From positions 11,408,001 to 11,472,000 of the forward strand of contig NW_026889758.1 of NCBI RefSeq assembly GCF_033153115.1: a stretch of 64,000 nucleotides of DNA. Reading direction: 5' to 3'. The translations under genes were made by a program, and so were the position numbers. Source of the DNA: Saccostrea echinata. Taxonomy: Eukaryota. Shown one piece after another: positions 37,444-50,139 of this stretch (its first letter is position 1; each line of letters opens with the position of its first letter). The notes under the pieces are model-generated. The model was not told the DNA's origin. It saw only the letters and a list, made by a program, of their open reading frames with translations, and did no database searches.

Positions 37444-38924
37444 TAGTGTTGCAGTAAGCAGCATGTCAAATTCTCCTATATACATGTAGATTTTTAAAAA
37501 CTGTTATTTATATTCCGTTGTAAATAATCACAATATTTAGATAGCGATTAAAGGAGCGACAAGTATCATGAAAACGTCACTGATATCTATATATGGAAAG
37601 CTAACGGGTTCAAAATTCCAACTCTGTCATTTTTAAAGCTCTATATGCTGTATTAGTTGGATTTTTTTTTTAAAGAAACGAATGTCTACTTTCTGCAAAT
37701 AAGTCATTTCCACTTAATCACTTTTAAAAATAATCGATATCAAATTATTTATCCTCCATGTCGGATAATAAACGCCTCTTTTTGAATTATTCAAGATCAC
37801 GTGACCCTGCAAGCTGAATTTAAAAAGTAGACTAAATAGCTACGCGAAAGCGAAAGCGTGAACGGCCTATTGATGGAAGTTTACGCATTCAATGATTAAA
37901 GAAAGAAAAGACAGGGAGACAGGGGACGGAATAGAGAAACATCTTTATTGGCAACCATTTTGAGTGACGGAATTATGTGAAGGGGGAGTTAAACTTCATA
38001 TTTAACTATGAGCTTGCAGGGTAGTTGGTTGACAGGTCACACACATCAAGCCTTTATAAATATGCATAATAAAATCGTCTTTTTCCCAGACCAGTACTTT
38101 ATTACTACCGATTAATAACTCGTCGAATTCGCATGAAAGCTCCTTTTTTCAGGTTATCATGCTATAAAATGGGCTTGGTTTCCAGCTGTACAAAAAATTG
38201 TGTTTGATACGGCATGTATAACTTTAAAATGTACACATGTAATTTCAAGATTTTAAATCATACATGTAAGTTAAGTTATCAATTGTTCTATCACAGTTTG
38301 TTAATTGTAACTATCCAACATAACTTGTCTTGTGTAAAATGTACAAGTTTTGTCAATGCTAATGTAAAATTCTTAGACTTGCTATTTTTTTTAAACTTGT
38401 GAAATGTTCATTGTACTTTATAAAGCGAAGTATGACACTTACTTACAAGGTGTCCATATTTCCTAGAGAGGGGGGGGGGGGTCCAAGGTCATTTCTTAGT
38501 TGTTGGGTACACAAGTTATTAGAAACAACAAAAATTGTAGGTCTTAGTCGTAAGTTGTTTTTTTTTTAAACGTGACCCTGACCGCTCTTACCCCCTCCCA
38601 GGACTGGTATTTAGTGATGTCAACGAATATTCAAGTACACGACTATCGCTCGGTCATACCGAATATCAACTAAATAGTTTTTTTTACTCTGTTACTCGTT
38701 AAAAAATATGCAATTGAATGGTAATAATCATTCTAAATTCAAGTTAAAAGGTTTAGAGAATTTTTTCTCTAGCTTGACGATTGATGTAAAAGATTAGACA
38801 TCCCTCTGATGAGGATCAAGTTATTACATACTTAAGCAAACATATACATATAACTGGAGAAATATGAGTGTGCGTAATTTTATATTTCTCTTGATGTCTA
38901 TCCACTAGTATATCCATTATAAAT

Positions 38925-39815
38925 CAATGAAATATGGAAATAACGAACAGTAATCAAGCTCAAAAGTTCATTAAAATAATACAAATCGGGAGCAGAGTAA
39001 ACAATGACCCCTAAATAACAACAGAGTTGGATCAGGTGCCATGGAAGAGTGGGCATCCCCTGTCGACCGGTCACACCCGCCGTGTGTTCATTGTCATGAT
39101 TCGGCAAACGGAAAAATCCGTAGACAATTCAGTGTTTAAATAATGGCGTAACAATTTGAAAAAAAAAAACGTTAGTCAGCATTCGACTTAATAATAGATT
39201 GCATTTATTAACAAGGTCATTGTTTCGACCATAGAACTTGCGAAACGATGGCTTTACACGAGACTGTTGATATTTTGTTTCATAAACTTATTTGTCAGTA
39301 GCTTGCCTCGTTTTAGAAATTGTTTGTACCGGAGAATGCTCTTGTTTATTGAATCAACTGGGAGATATAAACCCCATATGCAGGTAATAAGGGTTTATTG
39401 CTACATAAGTAAGGGAAGTTGACCATAGAAATGTTGAAGTCATCACGGTTATCATAAAGTTTCGTTGGAGGTATGCCATTAATGTATTTCTCAAGTAAAT
39501 TATCCAAATGTAACATGGACTGATGTGTCAAAATCTGTAGTGTTTTTATTTAGAATTTAATGGAAGATATTGAATCGATCTAGGAATCGATCTAGGAATG
39601 AAAATCAATGTTATTAATTGATGGAACTTCATAGATATATCTAAATTTCGAATTGAAGGCCAAGGCAAGCTACTTCTTTTTTCATGTAGAAGTTTTTGAA
39701 TAAATTCTGCTTCATATGAGTACAAAAATAGGCCTGCTTATAACGGAGCACAATTAGTACCAAAGATTGCTGGAAAACTTGATCTCTAAAAACTACATAG
39801 ATATTGTCAATCAGA
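38925..39815 (-). mobile_element. Decayed Naiad-type Penelope element, RT C-terminus and 3' tail
   Basis: TKLYDNRDDFNISMVNFPYLCSNKPLLPAYGVYISQLI; colinear with 47635-48535. Confidence 0.85.
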
Positions 39816-39949
39816 ATTTTAATATTAACGGAGTACTTGTGTGTAAAATCCTTACAGTCAGTAAACCCATATTATTATTTAAACGTCCAATTTTTTTTTT
39901 TTCATTTGATGAAAGAAATTTCACTTAAATTTGGCCATGAAATCTGTTT

Positions 39950-40555
39950 ACTTTCTAAAGATGAAATTCCTCAAATCATATTTCAGTATTTAAAACTTTT
40001 AACATTTCAGTCAACCAAGGTGAGTTCGATCTACCCTACACATATTGGATTCCTAAACTTCATAAAAATAGAGATACATTGCAGAGTCAAGCAAATGATC
40101 TACTAAGCCCCTATCCTTACCTTACAAAAATATGAACTGCTGAATAAACTTAGACGTACTGTGTTACAGCATATTCCTGAAGTGATGTAAATCAGATGTG
40201 GATTCTCAAAAACTAAAAAGAAGTTTTAGAAAACTTAAAATCCAAAAAATTTTCAAAAGTCAGTAAAATCAAAACGTATAATCTTTCTACACTTTATACA
40301 ACCATTCCTCTCGATAAAATTAAAAAAAAAACTAGGCTCTTTGATATCACAGACGACCGCTTCTTCAGTAAAAATGGAGCTTTTCGTATCTTAAAATTGA
40401 TTATCAACAAAATTACTTTGTGAAAAATCACTCTGATTCTACACACAAGTACTCTAAAGTTGATGTTAAAAGGATGCTGGGGTTCCTTATTGACAACATT
40501 TATGTTGTCTTCGGAGACCAAGTCTTCCATCTAACTGTTGGAATTCTGATGGATG
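39950..40555 (+). mobile_element. Decayed Naiad-type RT fragment in opposite orientation
   Basis: EFDLPYTYWIPKLHKN...AESSK*STKPLS...VNQMWILKN...IKTYNLSTLYTTIP...RMLGFLIDNIYVVFGDQVF. Confidence 0.8.
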
Positions 40556-41099
40556 CTTCCTGTTTTTTTTAATTCTATGGTCGTTATAATTTTCAGGGGT
40601 CCGTGTTCCCTGCCCTCTTTACAAAATTGTTTTGTTTAAAGATTTTTTGAGATCGATTACTGTTCGTTATCTTCAATTTTTTTCATTATAACTTGTTGCA
40701 ATTAATTGCAATTAAGTAAGTCCAATGGTAATAACTTTACCTTGTAATTACACATGCTGTATTATGTACTATGGCGGAAGCTATATAATATGGATCTAAT
40801 ACCAGTACATGTGAATGGTGAGCCCCTTAAAAAAAGAAACGAATTGATTCTGTACAATGAGGAAGTGATAAAGAAAAAAAATGATTCTCTGAGGAAAGGA
40901 TAAGGAAGTGATACTTGTCAACTTTTTTCCTCTCAGAGTGAGGAACAGGTAAATATGTAGTGATATTTTGTAAACTTGTGATATCTCCAGAGAATATATT
41001 GCATAACGTCAAAAAGTAATTGGTTAACTTTACAATATTAACCATGACTTTTTTTTCTTTTTCAGAACATTATCACAGAATATACTGTTTGCCAGTGAA

Positions 41100-41117
41100 A
41101 TGGAATATTACAGCTGG
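41100..41117 (+). CDS. Probable first coding exon of the TLR (MEYYSW), within exon 41066-41117
   Basis: Strong acceptor ttttttctttttcag at 41065 and donor TGG|gtgagt. Phase 0 joins the acceptor tcttggcag|ATG at 41480. Confidence 0.6.
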
Positions 41118-41479
41118 GTGAGTTTCTTTACATATTTAATCCCATCAACTAAGATTCTAAATACGCAACATTATTGCTGTACTGAAAAGATTTTGTATTG
41201 TAAACGTATGGTGCACGGAATATTTGTCTCTAATCATTCTCATTTGCTGAATTTGTAGTGAAAATTTTTCATCTAAGCCGACCTTTATGATAAATACTGG
41301 TATAAAAGGCATTTTAACGAATATTCTTTATTATATTTTTAAATGAATGCATATAAATGTAAAATTCACTAACAGGAAAACATGAAATCAATGTAATATA
41401 ACAGTACTTATTTAAATACAATAATTTTCCACCACAAAGAGTATAACGCTAAATATTGAATGACATAATCTCTTGGCAG

Positions 41480-43999
41480 ATGTCCACGCTGTTGTTTGCT
41501 ACTTTTGTAGCCGTTTTGAGGACTGGAGTTTCCAGTCATTGTACATCCAACCCTAGATGCGACTGTATCCCAACAAGAAACATGACTATTTTAGCAAACT
41601 GTTCTCACCTGGGAATCACAGAGGTACCAAAAACCGGACCGGATGTCGTTAGTCTAAATTTAGATCATAATTGTATCACTTTCCTGATGGCACCCTTTAG
41701 TCCCACACTTGTCCGTTTGGATCTCTCTTACAACCGAATTCAAAACTTTACAGACGATGTATTCGCAAACTTAACAAAATTAAAAACACTGAGCCTAGAA
41801 GGAAATAGATTACAACTGGACGAAAACGTTTACAGGCCACGAATCTTCCGAGACTTAAAGGCATTACAAGTTTTTAACATTAAGAATAATTCAATCCAGG
41901 TACAAAATTGCCGATTTCCGTACGGAATGTGGGGATTTCTCTACTCACTGAAGACCCTAAAAATTGATGTTATATCAACTGTAGAATTTGGACCACAGTT
42001 CCGCTCATTGACTCAGCTTACGGAATTGGATATATCAGGCCTGACTGGATTTTGCTCAATAGAAGTAATTAGCGACAGTTACTTTGAAAATATGCCTCAC
42101 TTAGAAATAATGAACATGTCCGCTTGCAAATTGAAACATTTTGAAGCAGGTGCTCTGATAATGCTTAGAAACTTGACAATTTTTGATATTTCAAACAATG
42201 AAAGACTTACGTTTGCAAGTTTTCCAAATATATCACGTGATTTACAATTTTCTAATATAAAAGTTTTCAAAGCCATCAAAATTCACTGTACATTTGGAAT
42301 AGGTACAGTATTACAAATCCGTGACATATTGCATTTTCAAAATACATCTCTTGAAGAAATTTATCTGGACGAAAATAGGTTAGCTCTGATAGAAAGACAT
42401 GCTTTAAAATACACACCGCCTACCCTTAAACTTGTATCGATTGCCAATAATAAATTAACAATTGGGCCTTATGTACTGGATGTCATCTATTTGACTGGCA
42501 TGGAAAAGCTGGATTTGTCTTTCCAGTTGGCTTCCAATCCAATGCACGAAATATTTGAGGCTTTTTATTGTGAGAATCCAATACGATCTCATGAAAACAC
42601 AGAAGAAAGGTTTACCATTGGCCACAAAAATATTTCGTTGTTATGGCGAGTACATGTGCCAAGAAACCTACAGACTCTTATAATGAGAACGAGCAGTATA
42701 CGTATAGGACTTTTTGGCGTTAATGTGAATCCCGAGAATAAGCTTTTACATATTGACTTGTCGCAAAACGTAATGAAAAGCTTCAATGGCCCACTAAGGG
42801 GTTTTAACGTGTTGAAATCTTTGGATTTGTCAGAATGTCTCTGTTCTTATATTTCAAAATTCTTCTTTGATTCTCTTACGCAACTGGAAGTTTTAAAGCT
42901 TAACAATAATCTTTTAGGATTTAGTTTGAGAGATGATGAGAATGGAGTAACGTTTAAAAGCCTAGTGAATCTTAAAGAGATGGACCTATCTGACAATCGA
43001 ATACAGTTCTTGCCTGACAAAATATTCAAAAATCTACGAAATCTGCAGAAACTGAGATTACGATCCAACTATCTAACGGAATGGACAGTTAGAATCAGCC
43101 ACATACGGAATCTTAGTGTAATTGACCTTTCTGTTAACCAAATAAAACAGCTAAACCACGATGCAACGAAATCACTTTCACAAATTTTAAAAAGGAATAA
43201 AGATTTGAAAATTTTATTGGCCAATAATCCCTTTGCGTGTAAATGCAGTTCCAAACATTTCCTACATTGGTCTCTCAGAAATCGCATGTACATTTCGGAT
43301 TATCGACACATGGAATGCAAGTTAGATAATGGAACAAGTTTCAGTTTCCAGGACATTGAGTCGGTTTTACGAATCCTTGAGGTTCAATGTAAAGATTACC
43401 AATTAGTTATATTATCAGTTTCTTCTGCCATTGTGTTTTTCCTTACTATTATAGTTACTGGTTTGGTTTATAGATACCGATGGAAACTACGTTACTTGTT
43501 TTACATGACAAAAAACAAATACCGATTATCTAGCCCCATATGTCAAGACACATTTACCTTTGATGCCTTTATATCCCACGCTGATGAAGACAGTGACTTT
43601 GCAATATACGAGTCAATTTCCCAGTTAGAGGAAGAAAGAGGACTGCGCCTGTGCCTAAGTAAGAGGGACTTCCTTCCTGGTACAGAGATTGCAGCAAACA
43701 TTACAGACGCCATTTGCAAGAGCCGCAAAACAATCATAATTCTATCCAACCATTTCCTGAACTCTTACTGGTGTATGTTTGAATTCAATATGGCAAGGAT
43801 GGAGAGTATTTATACCCGGAATGGAAAAAATGTTCTTTTCATGATTATGTATCGACACGTGTCTGCTAAAACATTACCTTTGTCCCTATTAACCTTGGTA
43901 GAAAGTCAGTCCTACATTGAGTATCCTCATGACCCCCAAGGAAACATCGTATTTTGGGACAAAATAGCTGAGACATGTTCTAAGTCACATTCTTCTTGA
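41480..43999 (+). CDS. Toll-like receptor (single cysteine cluster type; LRR-TM-TIR)
   Basis: Signal peptide, LRRNT (CTSNPRCDC...NCS), many LxxLxLxxN repeats, LRRCT (NPFACKC...C), transmembrane LVILSVSSAIVFFLTIIVTGLVY, TIR box 1 FDAFISH, box 2 LCLSKRDFLPG, C-terminal FW. The ORF-track start at 41456 is an intronic TTG. Confidence 0.97.
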   Translation: MSTLLFATFVAVLRTGVSSHCTSNPRCDCIPTRNMTILANCSHLGITEVPKTGPDVVSLNLDHNCITFLMAPFSPTLVRLDLSYNRIQNFTDDVFANLTKLKTLSLEGNRLQLDENVYRPRIFRDLKALQVFNIKNNSIQVQNCRFPYGMWGFLYSLKTLKIDVISTVEFGPQFRSLTQLTELDISGLTGFCSIEVISDSYFENMPHLEIMNMSACKLKHFEAGALIMLRNLTIFDISNNERLTFASFPNISRDLQFSNIKVFKAIKIHCTFGIGTVLQIRDILHFQNTSLEEIYLDENRLALIERHALKYTPPTLKLVSIANNKLTIGPYVLDVIYLTGMEKLDLSFQLASNPMHEIFEAFYCENPIRSHENTEERFTIGHKNISLLWRVHVPRNLQTLIMRTSSIRIGLFGVNVNPENKLLHIDLSQNVMKSFNGPLRGFNVLKSLDLSECLCSYISKFFFDSLTQLEVLKLNNNLLGFSLRDDENGVTFKSLVNLKEMDLSDNRIQFLPDKIFKNLRNLQKLRLRSNYLTEWTVRISHIRNLSVIDLSVNQIKQLNHDATKSLSQILKRNKDLKILLANNPFACKCSSKHFLHWSLRNRMYISDYRHMECKLDNGTSFSFQDIESVLRILEVQCKDYQLVILSVSSAIVFFLTIIVTGLVYRYRWKLRYLFYMTKNKYRLSSPICQDTFTFDAFISHADEDSDFAIYESISQLEEERGLRLCLSKRDFLPGTEIAANITDAICKSRKTIIILSNHFLNSYWCMFEFNMARMESIYTRNGKNVLFMIMYRHVSAKTLPLSLLTLVESQSYIEYPHDPQGNIVFWDKIAETCSKSHSS

Positions 44000-44084
44000 A
44001 TGCATGCATCATTTTCCTTATCTAAGCTACACTGCGAGAAAATTTATTCAACATAACAATAACAGTCCTTGTACATATAGGACA

Positions 44085-45035
44085 AAGGTGAAGATAACAA
44101 ACAGTGATCGATCTAAAAAAAAAAAACTAAAACAATACAAATCTGTAAACAGGACATAAAACACGGACCCCGGAAATTCCAGAGGTGGAATCAGATACAT
44201 CCCTCACTGACACCGGTCACTTCCGCCATGAGTCCTTTGTAATGATCAGCATATACATGTATACTGAACTGCTATCAAGAAGATTTGGGGGCAAAATTGA
44301 AGGCTGCCAGGGAGAAAACAAGAAATTGATCATTTACAAAGAACTTGGAATCCTTCATGAAAGGTAGGGGAGGGAAAAAAATTATTGGTAAAACAGAACT
44401 CTTATCAGAAGGGATGGTGTACATTTGACTGAGGAATGAAATTATATTTTGTCAGACTTCATAGATATTTTGCAAATGTTGTGTTAATTATTTATGTGGT
44501 GTAAACATTTTAAAAATTGCATATAATTGTACAGAATATTTTTGGAAGGCAAGATACATTCCATCCTCGACAATTACAAAAAGACCCGCATTCTACAGGA
44601 AACTCCAAATGAATAAACAACCCTATTCCATGGACATAGGGCTTTAAACCAAGTCCAATTCAGGAGGAAAGTGTAATGTATGGAGATAACGAACAGTATT
44701 CAAGCTCAAAAGTCCATTAAACAATACAAATTTTGGTGCAGAGCAAACACGGACCTCTAAAACATCACAGGTGGGATTAGTTGCCATGGAGAAGTGAGCA
44801 TCCCCTGCCGAACGGTCACACCCGCCGTGTGCTCCTTGTCATGATCGGGTAATAACGGAAAATCCGTCGACAATTCAGTGGGTAAATAATGGCCTAACAA
44901 TTAGTGTGAAAAACGTCAGTCAGCATTTGACTTTAGGATAAATTGTATTTGCTGACAAGGTCATTGTATTGACCATAGAACTTACGAAATGGCGACTTTA
45001 AACGAGACTGCTAATATTCTTGTTTCATATGTGGC
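44085..45035 (-). mobile_element. Two truncated Naiad 3'-end copies (44085-44250 and 44675-45035)
   Basis: ggagataacgaacagt...acacggacc...catcccctgccga.cggtcacacccgccgtgtg, shared with the 38925 and 47635 copies. Confidence 0.8.
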
Positions 45036-45674
45036 AAACTTGGACTTAAACCCTTTGACTGTGTTCATCAAACGTTTTCTTTTAACAGGCCTTGGGTAAT
45101 AGCTAGTGCTACAGAGAAACAAGAGACTGCCCCCAAACAATATCAGTTCCGTGATCGAGGACACATTTTTGGATACTCTGGATGTGGTAGAGAATGTCAA
45201 GATGGGATGGATTCTGGAAGCACATATGTAACTGTTCTAGGACCAGTGATGATTCCTAAGGAGAGATTCCCGATGAAATGGTCAAAATTACATAATCAGT
45301 ATGTCTTAGATCTGATTGAAATATTTTTTTTTTAAAGTATTACTACAGTGAATAAGAAACTAGTATTTGGAAATTAGTTCAACTTCTATTAGAGACAAAA
45401 TGTACAGGGACTCTGTTATCTCGGAAAATATTTTCAAGTCTCCATTAGGAGAATGCAGTATTAGTTTTAAGTTTCATTATTACGAATTACTGATAACACG
45501 TTCTATTTTTTTTTCATTTATGCTCACTATCATAATTTTATACCTTGCGATATCTTTGTATGTATCATGTATTCTGAAGTGTCGTATGGCACAATGAAAT
45601 AAAGAAACTGAACTTGGTTTTACATTGATTATTTAATTAAAAGTCATTTTTCCTCTACTCATTAACGTATTCTG

Positions 45675-46630
45675 TAATATATTTACATTCATTTATCAAA
45701 TTTCAATCGCTTGTTCATAATGAATATAAATAGGAGGTTATACATCAATATTTTAATAGTTAATCAAGCATGAAAGATTGTTCAAAACCATAATGTGAAG
45801 TGAAACAAGCTAATTCAAGGAATTTATGTCATCTGCTTAAACAAGATAATAACCCTAACTTTGGTCCTTTCTCATCAGAAATAACGGGGGCCATGTTTGA
45901 ATGGATCCGGACACCATTTTATATCATATATGAACCTTGACCTTTAAACAAGAATTTACTATATGAAATTTCATTGCAAAAGCTTAATATAATCGGGCTT
46001 TATGGGATTTGATCACATGACCAACCCGTATTTACATCCTTATAAAAGCTTAAAATGATACTTTATTTCTTATACATGTATTTACATTTGTGACTGATTT
46101 ATTACGAATAGTTGGGTCCTATTGTTTTAAACCGATAAACTGATTTATTTTTTCACCCCCAACGGTATAAATTGAATGCGTTGAACACGTCGATCACTTA
46201 TGACGTCACTATGATATTACGTAGATCGATTATGACTAAACAATCAATGTCTGGTCACATGACGAACCTGTTTTTACACAGGTGTAAAAACGCCTTGTTC
46301 AAATAGTGTTATATAAGGGAAAACATTTGCAAATGTAAATATATTCATTTATCAAATTTCAATCACTTGTTCATAATAAATGTAAGTAAGAGATTATACA
46401 ATATTTTAATAGTTAAACAAGCATGGAAGATTGTTCAAAACCATAATGTGAAGTGAAACAAGTTCATTCAAGGAATTCATGTCACTTGCTTAAACAAAAT
46501 AACCTTAACCTTGGTCCTTTCTCATCAGAAATAACTGGGACCATGTTTGAATGAATCCAGAGACTATTTTATATCATATATGAACATTGACCTTTAACCA
46601 AACATTTCATTACAAAGGCTTAATATAATC
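45675..46630. repeat. ~300-bp direct duplication (45675-45990 and 46335-46630)
   Basis: Both copies read ttatcaaatttcaatc.cttgttcataat...gattgttcaaaaccataatgtgaagtgaaacaag...ggtcctttctcatcagaaataac...cttaatataatc. Confidence 0.85.
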
Positions 46631-47634
46631 CCGAAACTACAGTGTGTTATTTCATATATGAATTTGTGGTCTTGATCTCAAAAACAATAGGGATTTTTTA
46701 AAGTTATTATATGAAATTTCCTCGCAAAACTTAAGTACTTTCATATATATCACCTTGAAACAAAAGTATTACAGACAGCATGACGAACAGAGAGACAGAC
46801 AGACAAACAGTTTGGCGAACAAACAGATTGACAATGACGTTTTAATTTAGATAATTAATGTAAAATCAAGTTCAACAGATTGACAGACATGCCCTTTATG
46901 AAAATCCCTAGCCTTATGTAAAAGCGGAGGGCAATAAAATACTGTGAAGTATGTGTTTTTAAATAAGATTCGAGAGAACATTGTATACATGTTTTCTGAC
47001 GAAAGATCTGTATACATCGTACTGCTAAAAAAAAACAACATCAACTGCTGCTACTGGATCTGTATAACACGTCCAGCTTTTGTGTTTTGTCTATATAAAA
47101 TATCAAATGTAAACTGTGAAGACAAGTTAAATTGATATAAAGCATCAAGTCGGCCTTAAAAATATATTTAGCATTTTAAAGTATTTCCACAAGAAAGAGT
47201 CCAAAAAAATTCCAAGTAGAAGAGTACATGTCTATGATATATTTTTAGAGTTGCTTTACTTTCCCGTGTATTTTTTAAGACTTTAATTTACGGTGTTAAT
47301 ATATTATTTCATTCAAAGACAAATGCAACAAATATATAGGACGTACAAAGTTCACGTGCTGCATGATACCCTGGATCTTTGTCACGTGATAATGCTGATC
47401 AGTGCTGTGATACATGTAGATATATATCACATTTAATGTGAACTGCAGAAAAAAACAAAAACAAAACATTTTATTGTGTCATTTGCAATTCAATTCTTCT
47501 TAAACTTTTTACAATTTTTAATCATTCATATCTGGAAACTCAATACGTTTGTTTTTATGTCTTACGCATGCCCATGCTGAGGAGCAGTTCATGCAACTTT
47601 TTATAAAATCATCAATCAATAAATATCTTGTAAT

Positions 47635-48535
47635 GAAATATATGGAGATAACGAACAGTATTCATGCTCAAAAGTCCATTAAACATTACAAAATAGGTGC
47701 AGAGCAAACACGGACCTCCAAAACATCAGAGGTGGGATCGGTGCCATGGAGGAGTGAGCATCCCCTGCCGACCGTTCACTCTCGCCGTGTGCTCCTTGTC
47801 ATGATCGGGAAATAACGGGAAAATCCGTCGACAATTCAGAGTGTAAATAACGGCCTAACAATAAGTATGAAAAACGTCAGTCAGCATTTGACTCAATGAT
47901 AAATTGTATTTGCTGAACTTACGAAATGATGACTTTAAACGAGACTGCTGATATTCTTGTTTCATCAACTTGTTTGTCAGTAATTTACCTCGTTTTAGAA
48001 ATTGTACATACGTAGAGCATGCTATTGCGTATCGAATCAACTGAGATATATAAACCCCGTATGCAGGTGATGAAGGTATATTGCTGCATAAGTAAGGGAA
48101 GTTGACGATTGAAAAGTTAAAGTCATCACGTTTATCATAAAGCTTGGTTGTTAGATTACCATTAACGTCTTTTTCAAGTAATATATCCAAATATGAAACA
48201 GATGTTTCAGACTCTGTAGTATCTTTTATCTCAAGCTCACCGGGATATATCGTATCGACATAAGAATGGAAATAATCATTGTTAATTGACAGTACGTCGT
48301 CGATATATCTAAATGTTGAGTTGAAGGCCAAAGCAAGTGTTTTCTTCTTTTCACGTATAAGATTTTGGACAAATTCTGCTTCGTATGAATACAAAAAAAG
48401 GTCTGCTAATAACGGGGCGCAATTGGTACCCATGGGAATTCCAATAGATTGTTGGAAGACCTGGTCTCCAAAAACCACATAGATATTGTCAATCAGAAAC
48501 TCAAGCATCTTTTTAATGTCAACTTTCAACTTCAA
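47635..48535 (-). mobile_element. 5'-truncated Naiad-type Penelope-like retroelement; open RT fragment 48535-47855
   Basis: GIPMGTNCAPLLADLFL, FRYIDDVL, SYLDI, KLYDKRDDF motifs. The ORF ends after RT/thumb with no C-terminal GIY-YIG, consistent with N-terminal-endonuclease PLEs. Confidence 0.92.
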
Positions 48536-48699
48536 CTTTAATGTAAGAAATGAAGAACAAATTGAAAGTCAAAATACGCAATAAAAGGTTATATTTTCTA
48601 TTAACACCATTATAAAGACCATACAATTTACGAAATGCTGACTCTAAAAAAATGCAGTTGAAATCTCTGTAGCATCAACTTATTTGTCAGCAACCTATA

Positions 48700-49325
48700 T
48701 TGGTTCAAGAGCCGAAGGGCCTTATCAGTTACCTGAGTTTTAGATAACGCTGTAAAGGATCAACTGAAGTAAGAAATGAAACAAAATTAACAGAGAGATG
48801 AAGATGTGTTGTCCCAAAGGAAGAGAAATAGGATAATCAGGGTTCAACAAGATACATGTAGTTAGTGTAGTACTCAATAATAAATCATAAAGTAGATATA
48901 TTTACTTGCCAGTACCAATATACTCTCATCTGCCACTATCATTATGCAGACTAAACATTTGTAATAGTGCTTGAGATCAATTCTACACATTCATTCACAA
49001 TTCGGTCTCTCTTGATCTTTGAAAAAAAAAATGTAATGTATAAAGATAACGTATTTTTATCTCATTTTTATTCATTATTTACAAACCTGTCCGACCATTA
49101 AAACTATGAAATCTGGTAAAAACACCCTTGGGTATAACAACTTTGTATTCTGTTGGCTTTCTAGATGCCCAAGAGCAGAGAAGATTTTCAAATAATTAAT
49201 GTTTTTCACTATATAATCAATAGAGCCCGGTCCTAACATCAGAACCCCTAACCCAGGGGCCATGAATTTTATAATTTTGAAAGAGACATCGTCACCATGC
49301 ATTTAGTTTACCTACCGAAAAGCAG

Positions 49326-49357
<32 letters not shown>

Positions 49358-50085
49358 AATATTATCGATAGAGCACCTCCACCCCCCAACATGAGAACCC
49401 TTGATCCTGGAGCCATGAATTTCACAATTTCGGAAGAAGCATTTTTGCTCAACGTAACCATGCAATTAGTTTGTTTGCTAAATACCCTGGGGCAGAGAAG
49501 TTCTTTTAAAAAAATTATGCACTTTTACTATTTGATCAACAGAGCCCCGCCCTTACACCAAATCCCTTGGCCATGAATTTAACAAATTTAGAAGAGGTAT
49601 CCTTGCTTATCATAACTATGTACTTAGTGTATCTGCTAAATTCCGAGGAGGAGAGAAGACTTTCAAAGAAATACTACATTTTCACTATATTAACAATAGA
49701 GCCTCCCCCTAATCCATGACCCAGAGGCCATGAATTTCAAAATTTTGGAAGAGGCGTCCTTGTTTATCATAACATGCACTTGGTTTTAGCTAAATACCCA
49801 TGGAAAAAGGAAAAGATTTTTTTTTAAATTTATGCATTTTTACCATATGGTCAACAGAGTCCCAACCTTACACCAGTACCCCTAACTCTGGGGCGATGAA
49901 CTTCACAATTTTGAAGGAAAAAAAAAGCATCCTTGCTCATCATAACCAAGACACTTAGTTTGTTTGCAAAGCTTTTAAAGAATGCATACATTTTCACTAT
50001 TATATGATTAGGAGAGCCCCACCCTAACTCAAAACCCCTGACACAGTGGCCATGAATTTCACAGTTTTGTAAAGGGCTCAATATT
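48700..50085 (-). repeat. HINE-associated ~180-bp satellite array, minus orientation
   Basis: Recurring ggccatgaatttcacaattttg / gagaagattttcaaagaaataatgca; HINE-like 3' end (caagagccgaagggcc...cctgag) at ~48705-48737. Confidence 0.75.
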
Positions 50086-50139
50086 AATTTAAATCATGCT
50101 AACAGCTTAATGTCCAGGAGATGTCCAGAAGAAAAGAAG

